NCBI GenBank assembly: GCA_035487135.1
Contig: DATHMN010000056.1
Coordinates: 6,428 to 70,427, forward strand
DNA length: 64,000 nucleotides
Origin: Steroidobacteraceae bacterium
Lineage (GTDB): Bacteria > Pseudomonadota > Gammaproteobacteria > Steroidobacterales > Steroidobacteraceae
Direction of reading: 5' to 3'
Shown: positions 18,467 through 27,906 of the stretch, in pieces
Position numbering within the stretch: position 1 is the first letter of the stretch
How the letters are laid out: every line of letters starts with the position of its first letter
Notes under the pieces: model-generated
Told to the model about the DNA's origin: nothing
Databases searched by the model: none
What the model saw: only the letters and a program-made list of their open reading frames with translations
Translations under genes and position numbers: made by a program

Positions 18467-19648
18467 ATGAAACGCTGGCTGCTACTCATCGCTGCTGTGG
18501 TGCTGCTGATCCTGATCATCGGCGGCGTCAAAGGCTATGGAACCTTCAAGATGTTCCAGGGATTCGCGGCCAAGGGACCGCCGAAATTCACAGTAAGTAC
18601 GACTAAGGCGGCCTATCAGGACTGGCTGCCGCAATTAGGTGCGGTGGGAAGCCTGCGCGCCGAGCGCGGCGCGGACCTCAGCGCCGAAGTCGACGGCATC
18701 GTCGACACGATCAACTTCAGCTCCGGAGACAACGTCAAAGCCGGTCAGACGCTCTTGCGGCTGCGCGCCGCCGACGACGTCGCTCATTTGGAATCACTGC
18801 GCGCCACGGCAGCGCTGGCCGAGACCAACTACAAGCGCGATAAAGCGCAGTTTGAGGCCGAGGCGATCAGCCAGGCCACGCTCGACAGCGATGCGGCCAC
18901 GCTGCGCAGCGCCAAGGCTCAGGTCGCCGAGCAGGATGCCCTGGTCGCAAAAAAAATCGTACGCGCGCCCTTCGCAGGTCAGATCGGCATCCGCGCTGTC
19001 GATCTCGGGCAATATCTCGCTGCGGGCACCAAGATCGTGACGCTGCAGCAGCTGGATCCGATCTTCGTCGACTTCTCCGTGCCGCAGCAGTCACTGGGAC
19101 AGGTGCATGTGGGTCAGAAAGTGGCCGTGACTGCGGATGTTCTGCCCGACAAGGACTTCGCCGGGGAGATCACGGCACTTGATCCGCGGGTCGACACCGA
19201 TACGCGCAACGTGACGGTGCGTGCCACGATCAAGAACCCAGCGCGCAAGCTGCTGCCCGGCATGTATGCCAACGTCAGCGTCGAGGTCGGCGCGCCAGTT
19301 CGCTATCTCACCCTGCCGCAGACCGCCGTGGCCTACAACCCCTACGGAGCCACGGTTTATCTGGTGGTGCCGCAGGGCAGCGATGCCGCGCCCAACTCCC
19401 AGCCGGGCGCGACCCGCACGCCGAGCGCGCCCGCCGACGCTGACGGCGCTGCCAACCTCGTGGCCAAGCAGGTGTTTGTCACCACCGGGACCACGCGCGG
19501 CGACCAGGTCGCGATCCTGAAGGGCGTCAACGAAGGAGATGAGGTCGTCACTTCGGGGCAGATCAAGCTGCGCAATGGGGCGCTCGTGACCGTCAACAAT
19601 AGCGTGCAGCCGAGCGACGATCCGAACCCGAATCCGCAGGAGCACTAA
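18467..19648 (+). CDS. RND efflux periplasmic adaptor (membrane fusion protein)
   Basis: N-terminal TM anchor, coiled-coil hairpin (QAQ/AEQ-rich), lipoyl and beta-barrel blocks (IVRAPFAGQIG, GMYANVSV). Confidence 0.9.
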   Translation: MKRWLLLIAAVVLLILIIGGVKGYGTFKMFQGFAAKGPPKFTVSTTKAAYQDWLPQLGAVGSLRAERGADLSAEVDGIVDTINFSSGDNVKAGQTLLRLRAADDVAHLESLRATAALAETNYKRDKAQFEAEAISQATLDSDAATLRSAKAQVAEQDALVAKKIVRAPFAGQIGIRAVDLGQYLAAGTKIVTLQQLDPIFVDFSVPQQSLGQVHVGQKVAVTADVLPDKDFAGEITALDPRVDTDTRNVTVRATIKNPARKLLPGMYANVSVEVGAPVRYLTLPQTAVAYNPYGATVYLVVPQGSDAAPNSQPGATRTPSAPADADGAANLVAKQVFVTTGTTRGDQVAILKGVNEGDEVVTSGQIKLRNGALVTVNNSVQPSDDPNPNPQEH

Positions 19649-19724
19649 ACGTGACACTGCGCCTCGAGACATGGGTGCCCGGCAGGCTGCAAAGCCCGCG
19701 CACGGCCGCTGCGCGGGACGGCTG

Positions 19725-22700
19725 ATGCATTTCACCGATATCTTCATCCGTCGACCGGTGCTCGCGACCGTAGTCAGCCTGCTGGTGCTGGTGCTCGGGC
19801 TGCGCGCCCTGCTGAGCCTGCCGATCCGCCAGTTCCCCAAGACCGAGAACGCCACGGTCACGGTCACCACGCTCTACTACGGCGCCAGTGCCGACCTGGT
19901 TGCCGGGTTCATCACCACGCCGATCGAGTCGGCCGTGGCCGAGGCCCAGGGTATCGACTACCTGACCTCATCGAGCGTCACCGGCGTATCCACGGTCACC
20001 GCCTATCTGCGTCTCAACTACGACTCGAACCGGGCGCAGTCCGAGATCAGCAGCAAGGTGAATTCGGTGCTCAACCAGCTGCCGAACGGCACGCAGCAGC
20101 CGGTGATTACTGTGCAGGTGGGCGAGCAGACCGCCGGCATGTACATCGGCTTCAACAGCGAGACGCTGCCGGCCAACCAGATCACCGATTACGTGATCCG
20201 CGTCGTGCAACCGAAGCTGCAGGCGGTCCCGGGCGTACAGCGCGCCGAGCTGTTGGGCGGACGGCCGTATGCGCTGCGCGCGTGGCTCGACCCGGCCAAG
20301 CTCGCCGCCAACGGCGTCACTGCGGCGGACGTCGCCACCGCGTTAGAGAACAATAACTACCTGTCGGCGCTCGGCACCACCAAGGGGCAGATGATCAGCG
20401 TCGATTTGACGGCCGCCACCGACCTGCACTCGGCGGATGAGTTCAAGAACCTGGTCGTCAAGCAAAAGGCCGGCGGCTTCGTGCGCCTGCAGGATCTGGG
20501 TAACGTGGTGCTCGGTGCCGAGGACTACGAGTCCGACGTCGCCTTCAAGGGCAAGAGCGCGGTGTTCATCGCCGTCAACGTGGCCCCTGAGGCCAACATC
20601 CTCACGGTGATGGAGGCCATTCGCAAACTCTTCCCGGAACTGCAGGCGCAGCTGCCGGCGGGACTGCACGCGGAGATCGGCTACGACGCCACCGGCTACA
20701 TTAACTCCGCCATCCGTGACGTGGTGCGCACACTGTTTGAGACGCTGCTCATCGTGACGCTGGTGATCTTCCTGTTCTTGGGCAGCGTGCGTTCCGTGAT
20801 CGTGCCGGTGATCGCGATGCCGCTGTCGCTGATCGGCGCATTCTTCATCATGCTGAGCCTCGGTTACACGATCAACCTGCTGACCCTGCTGGCGCTGGTG
20901 CTCGCCATTGGCCTGGTGGTCGATGACGCCATCATCGTGGTGGAGAACGTCGACCGCCACATGAAACTGGGTCAGCCACCGCGCGAAGCCGCGCTCGCGG
21001 CCGCACGCGAGCTCGCCGGTCCCATCATCGCCATCTCGGTGGTGCTGATCGCGGTGTACATTCCGATCGGCTTTCAGGGCGGCCTCACCGGCTCGCTGTT
21101 CTCGGAGTTCGCCTTCACGCTGGCGGGCGCGGTGGCCGTGTCCGCCGTGATCGCGCTGACCCTGTCGCCGATGATGTGTGCGCGCTTCTTCAAGATGGAG
21201 CACGGTGGCGCTAATCGCCTGGTACAAACGATCGATCGCAACTTCGAACGCGTCACCAGCCTGTACCACCGGCTGCTGCGCGCGATGCTGGATGCATGGA
21301 AGACCGTGGTGGTCTTCGGTGCCGTGGTGATCGTGCTGATTTTCGTGATGATGGCGCTGCCGATGCTCGGCGTGATGGCCAAGAGCGAGCTCGCCCCGGC
21401 TGAAGATCAGAGTTTCATGTTCTACATTGCCACCGGGGCAGCGAATGCTTCCATCCAGCAAATGGGCGGTTACCAGCGCCAGGCCTTTCAGACCCTAAGC
21501 GCGATTCCCGAGTACGAGAACGCCTTTCAGTTCGTCGGCCAGGGAACCGGAACCAACAACACCGGCTTCGGCGGCATCATTCTCAAGGACTATTCACAGC
21601 GCAGCCGTGGTGCGCCGGCCATTCAGCTCGACCTGCAGCAGCGCGCCAGCCAGATCGCTGGCGCCAACGTTTTCTGGATCAACCCGCCGTCGCTGCCCGG
21701 CTCGAACGGTGGCTACCCGGTGCAGTTCGTCATCCAGACTGCCGCGCCCTTTTCCGAGCTTTACCAGGTCTCGCAGGCAGTACTGACCAAGGCACAGGCG
21801 ACCGGCCGCTTCTACGTGCTCGACAACAGCCTGAAGATCGACAAGCCGCAGAGCACGATGGTGGTGGACCGCAACAAGGTCGCCCTGCTCGGGCTCACCA
21901 TGAAGGATGTAGGCGCAGCGCTCAGCAGCATGCTGGGCGGTGGCTATGTGAATTACTTCAGCATCTCCGGGCGCTCTTACAAGGTGATTCCGCAGGTGCT
22001 GCAGGCGCAGCGGCTGAATCCCGATCAGGTAGACAACTACTACATTCGCACCGCTTCCGGCGCGGTGGTGCCCGCATCCACCGTGGTTTCCTTCCGCACC
22101 GACACGGTGCCGGAGTCGATCGATCACTTCCAGCGGCTGAATTCGGCGACGATCCAGGGGGTATTTGGTGGCACGCAGGGTGAAGCTCTGGCGACACTTT
22201 CCCGGATTGCCGCCGAGACCCTGCCGCAGGGCTATACGATCGATTACGGCGGCGAATCACGCCAGTTCAAGCAGGAGTCAGGCGGCTTCGTGGCGACCCT
22301 CAGCTTTGCCATCATCATCATATTCCTGGTGCTGGCCGCGCAATTCGAAAGCTTCCGCGACCCGCTGGTGGTCATGATGTCGGTGCCGATGGCGATCTTC
22401 GGCGCCGTGGTGTTCCTGTTCCTCGGCTTCGCGACACTCAACGTCTACACGCAGGTGGGGCTGGTGACGCTGGTCGGCCTGATCGCCAAGCATGGCATCC
22501 TGATCGTGCAGTTTGCCAATGAGCAGCAGCGCGATGGTCACTCCAAGCGCGCCGCCATCGAGGCGGCGGCGACCATCCGGCTGCGCCCGATCCTCATGAC
22601 CTCGGCTTCGATGGTGGTCGGCGTGATCCCGCTACTGATCGCCACGGGTGCCGGCGCGGTCGCCCGCTATCACATGGGGCTGGTGATCTTCACGGGCATA

Positions 22701-22808
22701 TCGATCGGCACCCTGTTCACGCTGTTCGTGGTCCCGGCGATGTACGTCTTCCTCGGGGCTGAGCATCACGAGGCCCGCGGCGGCGCGTCTGTCGCAGCTG
22801 CCACCTGA
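19725..22808 (+). CDS. RND efflux permease (AcrB/MdtB-like)
   Basis: Starts MHFTDIFIRRPVLATV. 12-TM architecture with conserved GLVVDDAIIVVENV and LVGLIAKHGILIVQFANE blocks. The tracked start 19671 is an extension. Confidence 0.95.
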   Translation: MHFTDIFIRRPVLATVVSLLVLVLGLRALLSLPIRQFPKTENATVTVTTLYYGASADLVAGFITTPIESAVAEAQGIDYLTSSSVTGVSTVTAYLRLNYDSNRAQSEISSKVNSVLNQLPNGTQQPVITVQVGEQTAGMYIGFNSETLPANQITDYVIRVVQPKLQAVPGVQRAELLGGRPYALRAWLDPAKLAANGVTAADVATALENNNYLSALGTTKGQMISVDLTAATDLHSADEFKNLVVKQKAGGFVRLQDLGNVVLGAEDYESDVAFKGKSAVFIAVNVAPEANILTVMEAIRKLFPELQAQLPAGLHAEIGYDATGYINSAIRDVVRTLFETLLIVTLVIFLFLGSVRSVIVPVIAMPLSLIGAFFIMLSLGYTINLLTLLALVLAIGLVVDDAIIVVENVDRHMKLGQPPREAALAAARELAGPIIAISVVLIAVYIPIGFQGGLTGSLFSEFAFTLAGAVAVSAVIALTLSPMMCARFFKMEHGGANRLVQTIDRNFERVTSLYHRLLRAMLDAWKTVVVFGAVVIVLIFVMMALPMLGVMAKSELAPAEDQSFMFYIATGAANASIQQMGGYQRQAFQTLSAIPEYENAFQFVGQGTGTNNTGFGGIILKDYSQRSRGAPAIQLDLQQRASQIAGANVFWINPPSLPGSNGGYPVQFVIQTAAPFSELYQVSQAVLTKAQATGRFYVLDNSLKIDKPQSTMVVDRNKVALLGLTMKDVGAALSSMLGGGYVNYFSISGRSYKVIPQVLQAQRLNPDQVDNYYIRTASGAVVPASTVVSFRTDTVPESIDHFQRLNSATIQGVFGGTQGEALATLSRIAAETLPQGYTIDYGGESRQFKQESGGFVATLSFAIIIIFLVLAAQFESFRDPLVVMMSVPMAIFGAVVFLFLGFATLNVYTQVGLVTLVGLIAKHGILIVQFANEQQRDGHSKRAAIEAAATIRLRPILMTSASMVVGVIPLLIATGAGAVARYHMGLVIFTGISIGTLFTLFVVPAMYVFLGAEHHEARGGASVAAAT

Positions 22809-22862
22809 AGTCCAACGCCCGGCGCGCTCACCACCGGCGCCCCGGTTGCGGTCCGAGCGGCT

Positions 22863-25424
22863 TCAGCGGAAGTGGTAGTCGAGGCCGGCGGTGATCTGAA
22901 AGAACTTGTTGTCGCTGGTCGAGGCGAAGTAGTTCGCATCCAGGGTGACTGCCCAGTGCGCGCTCAGCGCATAGCGCGGTCCCAGCCCGAGCGCAAAGCC
23001 ACAGCCACGGTCATTGCGACTCAGCTGCTCGACCGAGCCAATCCACAGATCCGAATGCGTTACCCACAGATAGGGTCCGGCGCGCAGATCCAGCGACAGC
23101 TTGGGTTGCAGCTCCCAGCGGTAGCGCGCGAGCAGCGTCCAGGCATCGCCGCTGCCGCGGGTGACGCGCGATGCATCGTAAAGCAGCTGCTGCAGATTCG
23201 GCGGTGTCAAACCCTGCAGCTCGGTGCGCGAGCGTCCCAGATAGCTCCAGCCGACTTCGAGCGCCAACTGCCGCGGCAGCTCGTAGCCCACGTAGAGGCT
23301 GCCGCTCAGGCTGGTGCGCTGCAAGTCGGTCGCCGTGACCTGGTAACCATCGGACTCGAGCCGCCCGGTGAGCTCCCCGGGCGTCAGCGTGGTGGTGACC
23401 TCGCCCAGTGCGCCGCCCAGGTAGACATTCGACACGATGCCCTGCCAGTCGGTGGCCACCGACGGATGGCTCGCGAGTGCGCCCAAGGTCACCAGCAGCG
23501 CCACGCTGAGCATCAGCCGTGCGCGCAGCACGCGCAGCAACAGCGTCAGCGCCAGGGCGCACACCAGGAGAGCCGACAGGCTGCCGCCGCCGGATGTCAC
23601 GGTCACATTCTGCAGCTGCGGTGGCTCGCGGGTCGTGACGGTGAACGTGGCACTGGTGCCACCAATGGTGAGCACTGCAGACACCGGCGTGTTGTACGAG
23701 GCGGATGACGTGAGGCGTACCGTGACCTGCGCGCCGGGTGCGACCACCCCGGGCGTGGAGGTGTAGGCGCCGCCATTGATGCTGTACTCGGCTCCCGCGC
23801 TGATGCTGATGGTGGTCGACGCAGTCGTGCCGGTGACTGTGATCGGATTCGATACCTGGGTGCTGGAGGGGTCCACATTATTGAGCGGCACCAGTTTGAA
23901 GGGGTCGGGGATAGTATTGACCCCGGTGCCGCTCAGCGTCACGGTCGCAGGCGAAGCCGCCGAGCTGTTGGTGATCACCACCGTGCCATTGCGGCTGCCC
24001 TCATTGGTCGGCGTGAACAGGACCTGGATGGTGCAGCTGGTTCCGGTCGTGAGCGGCGCGTTGCAGTCATTGGTTTCGCTGTAATCGCCGGTCGTCGCGA
24101 TGCCGCTGATCAGAGTACCGTTGGTGCCCGTAACCGTGATCGTCTGAGCGGCACTGGGGGTGCCGAGCGCCTGCGGGCCGAAAGATAAAGCGGTTGGATT
24201 GGCGGCCAGGGTGGTGCAGATCACCGTCGAAGTGACCGAGGCGGTGTTGTTGGTGGGGTTCGGGTCGATGAAGTTCGACGAGCTGCCAAAGTCTGCGTTC
24301 GCGGTATTGGTCACGCTGTCACCGCAGGCGGTGGCCGGATCCAGCGTGCCGCTGATCGTATAGATCACCGAGGCGTTGCTCGGCAGCGTCAGCGTCGATG
24401 TGTTGAGGTCGCCCGCACCGGAAGGTGCACAGCTGGCCCCACCCGAGGCCACACAGGTCCAGCTCACCCCCGTCAGCGTCGCGGGCAGCGCGTCCGTCAC
24501 CGTGGGCGCATCCGCCGCGTCGATCGCGTAAGCGCCATTGTTGGTCACCGTGACGGTATAAGTGGCAGCGGTGCCCGGCAGGACGGTCGCGGGGCCATTC
24601 ATGGTCACCTGCAGGTCATCCGGCGTTGCCGTGACCAGACCCTGGATTTCGTGATTGTTTGTCGAGCCGCCGGTGCCGCCGCTGAAGCCCACACTCAGGC
24701 TCGCGGGCGGCGTGTAGGGAAAAGACACGTTGGAAACCAGCGTCTGGAACGCAGCCCCGCTGGCACTCTGGAACAGCACGGTGACCGTGTAGCCCATCGA
24801 AGCCGGCGTCAACGTCACGATCACGGTCTTGGGCGACGGCCGCGTGCTCACGCCGGGGTTATCGACCCCGCCGGGGACCGCCACGCCGGTGATGTAGGCA
24901 TTGTTGGCGCTCAGTGGGCCGCGCAGAACGAGCGACTCGGGCTCCCGGCCGGGTCCACCGCTGGCGGCTCCGCAACGATCGCCTGGATTGGAGAAATTGC
25001 CGTACTCGTCCAGCCCGATCGCGAGAAAACCGCCCGCGCCGCCGCAGTACCCGAGACCGCCTCCGACGCTGGCCCCACTCATGTTCTGCGTCGAGTCGTA
25101 AAGAAACATCGTGATGCCATCGGCGCCGGTGCCGCCCCAGGAGACGTAGTTGAAGCGCACCGTGACGGGCACGTTGCCGGCGAAGGTCTGTGAGGTATCG
25201 AGCGCCAGACCTTTCTCATCGTTGCCGGTGTCGGTGAGGCGCAGCCACCCCTGCCCCGCGGCATCGATGGACGGCGCTGTGAGAAATGCGGATCCGGACA
25301 GGGTCCACCCGGGTGCGGTCGTGTCCGTGAAGGTTTCCTGCAGCTTGAACTGCGCGCTGGCGGGACTGACGACAGCAGCCAGCCACAGCGCGAGCAGCCA
25401 ACGCGCGCTGAGCAGATGGCGCAT
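22863..25424 (-). CDS. large surface protein: lectin/ConA-like N-domain, DUF11-type repeat, choice-of-anchor-D-like Ig domains, internal GlyGly-CTERM-like segment, C-terminal OMP beta-barrel
   Basis: Signal peptide at MRHLLSARWLLALWLAAVVSPASA (ATG 25424). VTVTNNGAYAIDAADAPTVTDALPATLTGVSWTC (DUF11-like). LSFGPQALGTPSAAQTITVTGTNG...VTLSGTG. SGGGSLSALLVCALALTLLLRVLRAR. Then MLSVALLVTLGALASHPSVA followed by alternating beta-strand sequence ending DYHFR. Confidence 0.75.
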   Translation of the reverse strand: MRHLLSARWLLALWLAAVVSPASAQFKLQETFTDTTAPGWTLSGSAFLTAPSIDAAGQGWLRLTDTGNDEKGLALDTSQTFAGNVPVTVRFNYVSWGGTGADGITMFLYDSTQNMSGASVGGGLGYCGGAGGFLAIGLDEYGNFSNPGDRCGAASGGPGREPESLVLRGPLSANNAYITGVAVPGGVDNPGVSTRPSPKTVIVTLTPASMGYTVTVLFQSASGAAFQTLVSNVSFPYTPPASLSVGFSGGTGGSTNNHEIQGLVTATPDDLQVTMNGPATVLPGTAATYTVTVTNNGAYAIDAADAPTVTDALPATLTGVSWTCVASGGASCAPSGAGDLNTSTLTLPSNASVIYTISGTLDPATACGDSVTNTANADFGSSSNFIDPNPTNNTASVTSTVICTTLAANPTALSFGPQALGTPSAAQTITVTGTNGTLISGIATTGDYSETNDCNAPLTTGTSCTIQVLFTPTNEGSRNGTVVITNSSAASPATVTLSGTGVNTIPDPFKLVPLNNVDPSSTQVSNPITVTGTTASTTISISAGAEYSINGGAYTSTPGVVAPGAQVTVRLTSSASYNTPVSAVLTIGGTSATFTVTTREPPQLQNVTVTSGGGSLSALLVCALALTLLLRVLRARLMLSVALLVTLGALASHPSVATDWQGIVSNVYLGGALGEVTTTLTPGELTGRLESDGYQVTATDLQRTSLSGSLYVGYELPRQLALEVGWSYLGRSRTELQGLTPPNLQQLLYDASRVTRGSGDAWTLLARYRWELQPKLSLDLRAGPYLWVTHSDLWIGSVEQLSRNDRGCGFALGLGPRYALSAHWAVTLDANYFASTSDNKFFQITAGLDYHFR

Positions 25425-26048
25425 GGCGGTACGCCATCGCGGGCCGATGATTAACTTTTGCATGTGCTCTCTCAGCACGCCTGGATCCTCAGTGACCAAG
25501 CCGGTGTGGGCCGGATGTGAAGTTTTCTCCAGCATTAGACATAACGGCAACGGACGGACGCTCGCTCTGTGACACGCGCCAAACACTCGCGCCGCAAATC
25601 CACAGATCTGTGATGTCCATCACGTCCGCTAGCAGGCAAGGCGTGGCTGCAGCCGCAGCGGGAGGCGATAAGGAAGTTAGGTGGCGCGCGCGGCTAGGGT
25701 TCATGCGATGCCGCGCGAGTGCCGTGGATCACTTCGACAGAATCACCGCGGTGTACTCGCGCAGACGCGCAGCGCCTCTCAAGTCACATGGCTTTCGTCG
25801 GTCGCCGCCACGAAACCGTGAGCGCACCGCTGGGTCTTACGTGTTTCCAAGGCGCAGGCGCGAGGAAAGCATCCGCTGCGATCGAGCGATCCTGATAGAC
25901 GCCGACGACCGCCAGACGCGTGCGGTCGGTCGCTACAACGTCACACGGGCGGGATCAAAACGCGCAAAAATCTCGAAAGATTGCACATCACGCTCGGGCC
26001 AGGAGTCGGCAATGCACCGCACCAGCCGCTTACGCCGTGCTGGCAGAG

Positions 26049-26897
26049 TCAGGTTTGTGTGAGCGTACGCACCGATCCAATCAAGGTAGCGATCCGGTCC
26101 GCATCCGCCGGGGTCACCGGGTTGTAAACGACCATTGCGAGGTCCGGCCTGCCATCAACCGCAAATGCCGAATACTCAAAGGCAATCGGGCCGAGAATCG
26201 GATGCCGCATATTCTTCACCGCCTCGCCGTGCGCACTGACATTGTTGTCACGCCACAAGGCCGCGAACTGCGGGCTCAGCCGACACAGATCCTGCACCAG
26301 CGCGCTTACCTCAGCTGCTGCGCCCGCGCGCGCAACATCCACCCGGAATGCTCCCACGATAATCCGCGCCACGCCCTCCCAGTCGTAGTGCATCGTCCGC
26401 GCATTGGGATTGAGAAAAATCAGCCGGAGCAGATTGCGCTCCTCGGGTGGCAGGGCGCCGAAGTCGGTTTGCAGCACGGTTGCCGCGCGGTTCCAGGCGA
26501 CCACGTCCCAGGTCGCGGTCCGGATGAGTGCCGGCGTCGGATTCAACACATCGAGCACTCGTTGCAACCGCGGCGTAACGCCCAGGCTCCTTTGGTAACG
26601 GGCCTCAGGCGGCCGGCCGAGTCCGAGCAGGAAGAGATGCTCGCGTTCGGCGTCCGTCAACAGCAGCGCCTGTGCGAGCCGGTCCAGTACGTCGGCTGAC
26701 GGGGCGCCGCCGCGCCCCTGCTCCAGGCAGGTGTACCAGGTCGGACTGATATGAGCGCGTTGTGCGACCTCTTCGCGGCGCAGGCCGGGAGTGCGCCGCC
26801 GTCGGGAGGTCAGCCCGAACGCCGCCGGATCAATCCGGGTGCGGCGACCTCTGAGATAGGTTCCGAGCGGGTTCTTGGGCTCTGGGGCCTGATTCAT
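26049..26897 (-). CDS. MmyB-like helix-turn-helix transcriptional regulator
   Basis: LGTYLRGRRTRIDPAAFGL...RRTPGLRREEVAQRAHISPTWYTCLEQGR (XRE HTH) plus an MmyB-type C-terminal ligand domain. Confidence 0.85.
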   Translation of the reverse strand: MNQAPEPKNPLGTYLRGRRTRIDPAAFGLTSRRRRTPGLRREEVAQRAHISPTWYTCLEQGRGGAPSADVLDRLAQALLLTDAEREHLFLLGLGRPPEARYQRSLGVTPRLQRVLDVLNPTPALIRTATWDVVAWNRAATVLQTDFGALPPEERNLLRLIFLNPNARTMHYDWEGVARIIVGAFRVDVARAGAAAEVSALVQDLCRLSPQFAALWRDNNVSAHGEAVKNMRHPILGPIAFEYSAFAVDGRPDLAMVVYNPVTPADADRIATLIGSVRTLTQT

Positions 26898-26911
26898 CGT
26901 GAGAGCAATTA

Positions 26912-26948
26912 TACCACGATAAGGTCACTACTTTACCATGATAAGTGG
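26912..26948. promoter_or_regulatory. two direct repeats TACCAYGATAAG in the divergent regulator/SDR promoter region
   Basis: TACCACGATAAGG (26912-26924) and TACCATGATAAGTGG (26934-26948), with starts 22 bp apart, between the 26897 and 26993 start codons. Confidence 0.4.
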
Positions 26949-26992
26949 CCGGTGGAGACTTCAACTCCAGCCACAACGCAAGGAATCTGCAC

Positions 26993-27886
26993 ATGCGTGT
27001 ATTTCTCACCGGCGCTACCGGTTTCATCGGATCTGCGATCGTTCCGGAGTTCCTGAAAGCCGGCCATCAGGTGCTGGGACTGACTCGATCGGATGCCGGC
27101 GTGCGGGCCCTCACCGCAGCCGGTGCCGAGGTGCATCGCGGCGACCTCGAGGACCTGAGCAGCCTGCGCAGCGGCGCGGCCAAGGCGGATGCCGTCATCC
27201 ATACGGCGTTCATCCACGACTTCTCAAGATTCAAGGAAGTCTGCGAGACCGATCGACGCGCCATCGAGGCGCTCGGTTCTGTGCTAGCCGGTTCTGCTCG
27301 TCCCCTGATCATCACCTCCGGGACTGCAATGGGTTCAGCCGCGCCAGGGCAGCCCGCGAGCGAGGATCACTTCGATTCTCAGCATCCCAATCCGCGCGCG
27401 GCGTCGGAACTAGAGGCCGCTTCGGTATCGGCCCGTGGGGTGGACGTGCGTGTGGTGCGCCTGCCGCAAGTCCATGACCCCGTCAAACAAGGACTGGTCA
27501 CCTACCTCGTGGCAGTGGCTCGCGAGAAAGGGGTCTCGGCCTTCGTGCAAGACGGGCAAAACCGTTGGCCTGCCGTGCATCGGCTGGCTGCAGCCGAGCT
27601 GTATCGACTGGTGCTGGAGAAAGGCTCTGCGGGAGCCCGCTATCACGCCGTCGCCGAGCAGGGCGTGCCGCTGCGAGAAATTGCTGAGGCTCTCGGCCGG
27701 GGTCTGAAGGTGCGGGTCGTCTCCATGTCAGCGGAAGAGGCCGGCGCGCATTTCGGTTGGCTCGCGATGTTTGCGGGATCCGACATGCCGGCGTCCAGCG
27801 CGTTGACACAGCAACGGCTCGGCTGGCGCCCGACGGGACCTGGGCTGATTTCCGATCTCGGTCGCATGAAGTACTTTGAATCCTGA
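26993..27886 (+). CDS. NAD(P)-binding SDR/NmrA-like oxidoreductase
   Basis: MRVFLTGATGFIGSAIV (GxxGxxG) preceded by an AGGAA SD. The tracked start 26945 is an extension. Confidence 0.85.
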   Translation: MRVFLTGATGFIGSAIVPEFLKAGHQVLGLTRSDAGVRALTAAGAEVHRGDLEDLSSLRSGAAKADAVIHTAFIHDFSRFKEVCETDRRAIEALGSVLAGSARPLIITSGTAMGSAAPGQPASEDHFDSQHPNPRAASELEAASVSARGVDVRVVRLPQVHDPVKQGLVTYLVAVAREKGVSAFVQDGQNRWPAVHRLAAAELYRLVLEKGSAGARYHAVAEQGVPLREIAEALGRGLKVRVVSMSAEEAGAHFGWLAMFAGSDMPASSALTQQRLGWRPTGPGLISDLGRMKYFES

Positions 27887-27906
27887 ACCGGCCGGACCAT
27901 CGTCGG

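Noticed and set aside
25587-26048. Possible gene remnant in short minus-strand frames such as ...LVRCIADSWPERDVQSFEIFARFDPARVTL* and ...TRLAVVGVYQDRSIAADAFLAPAPWKH...
   Set aside because: The fragments are about 30-50 aa, sit in different frames, and I recognise no family. This cannot be supported without a database search.
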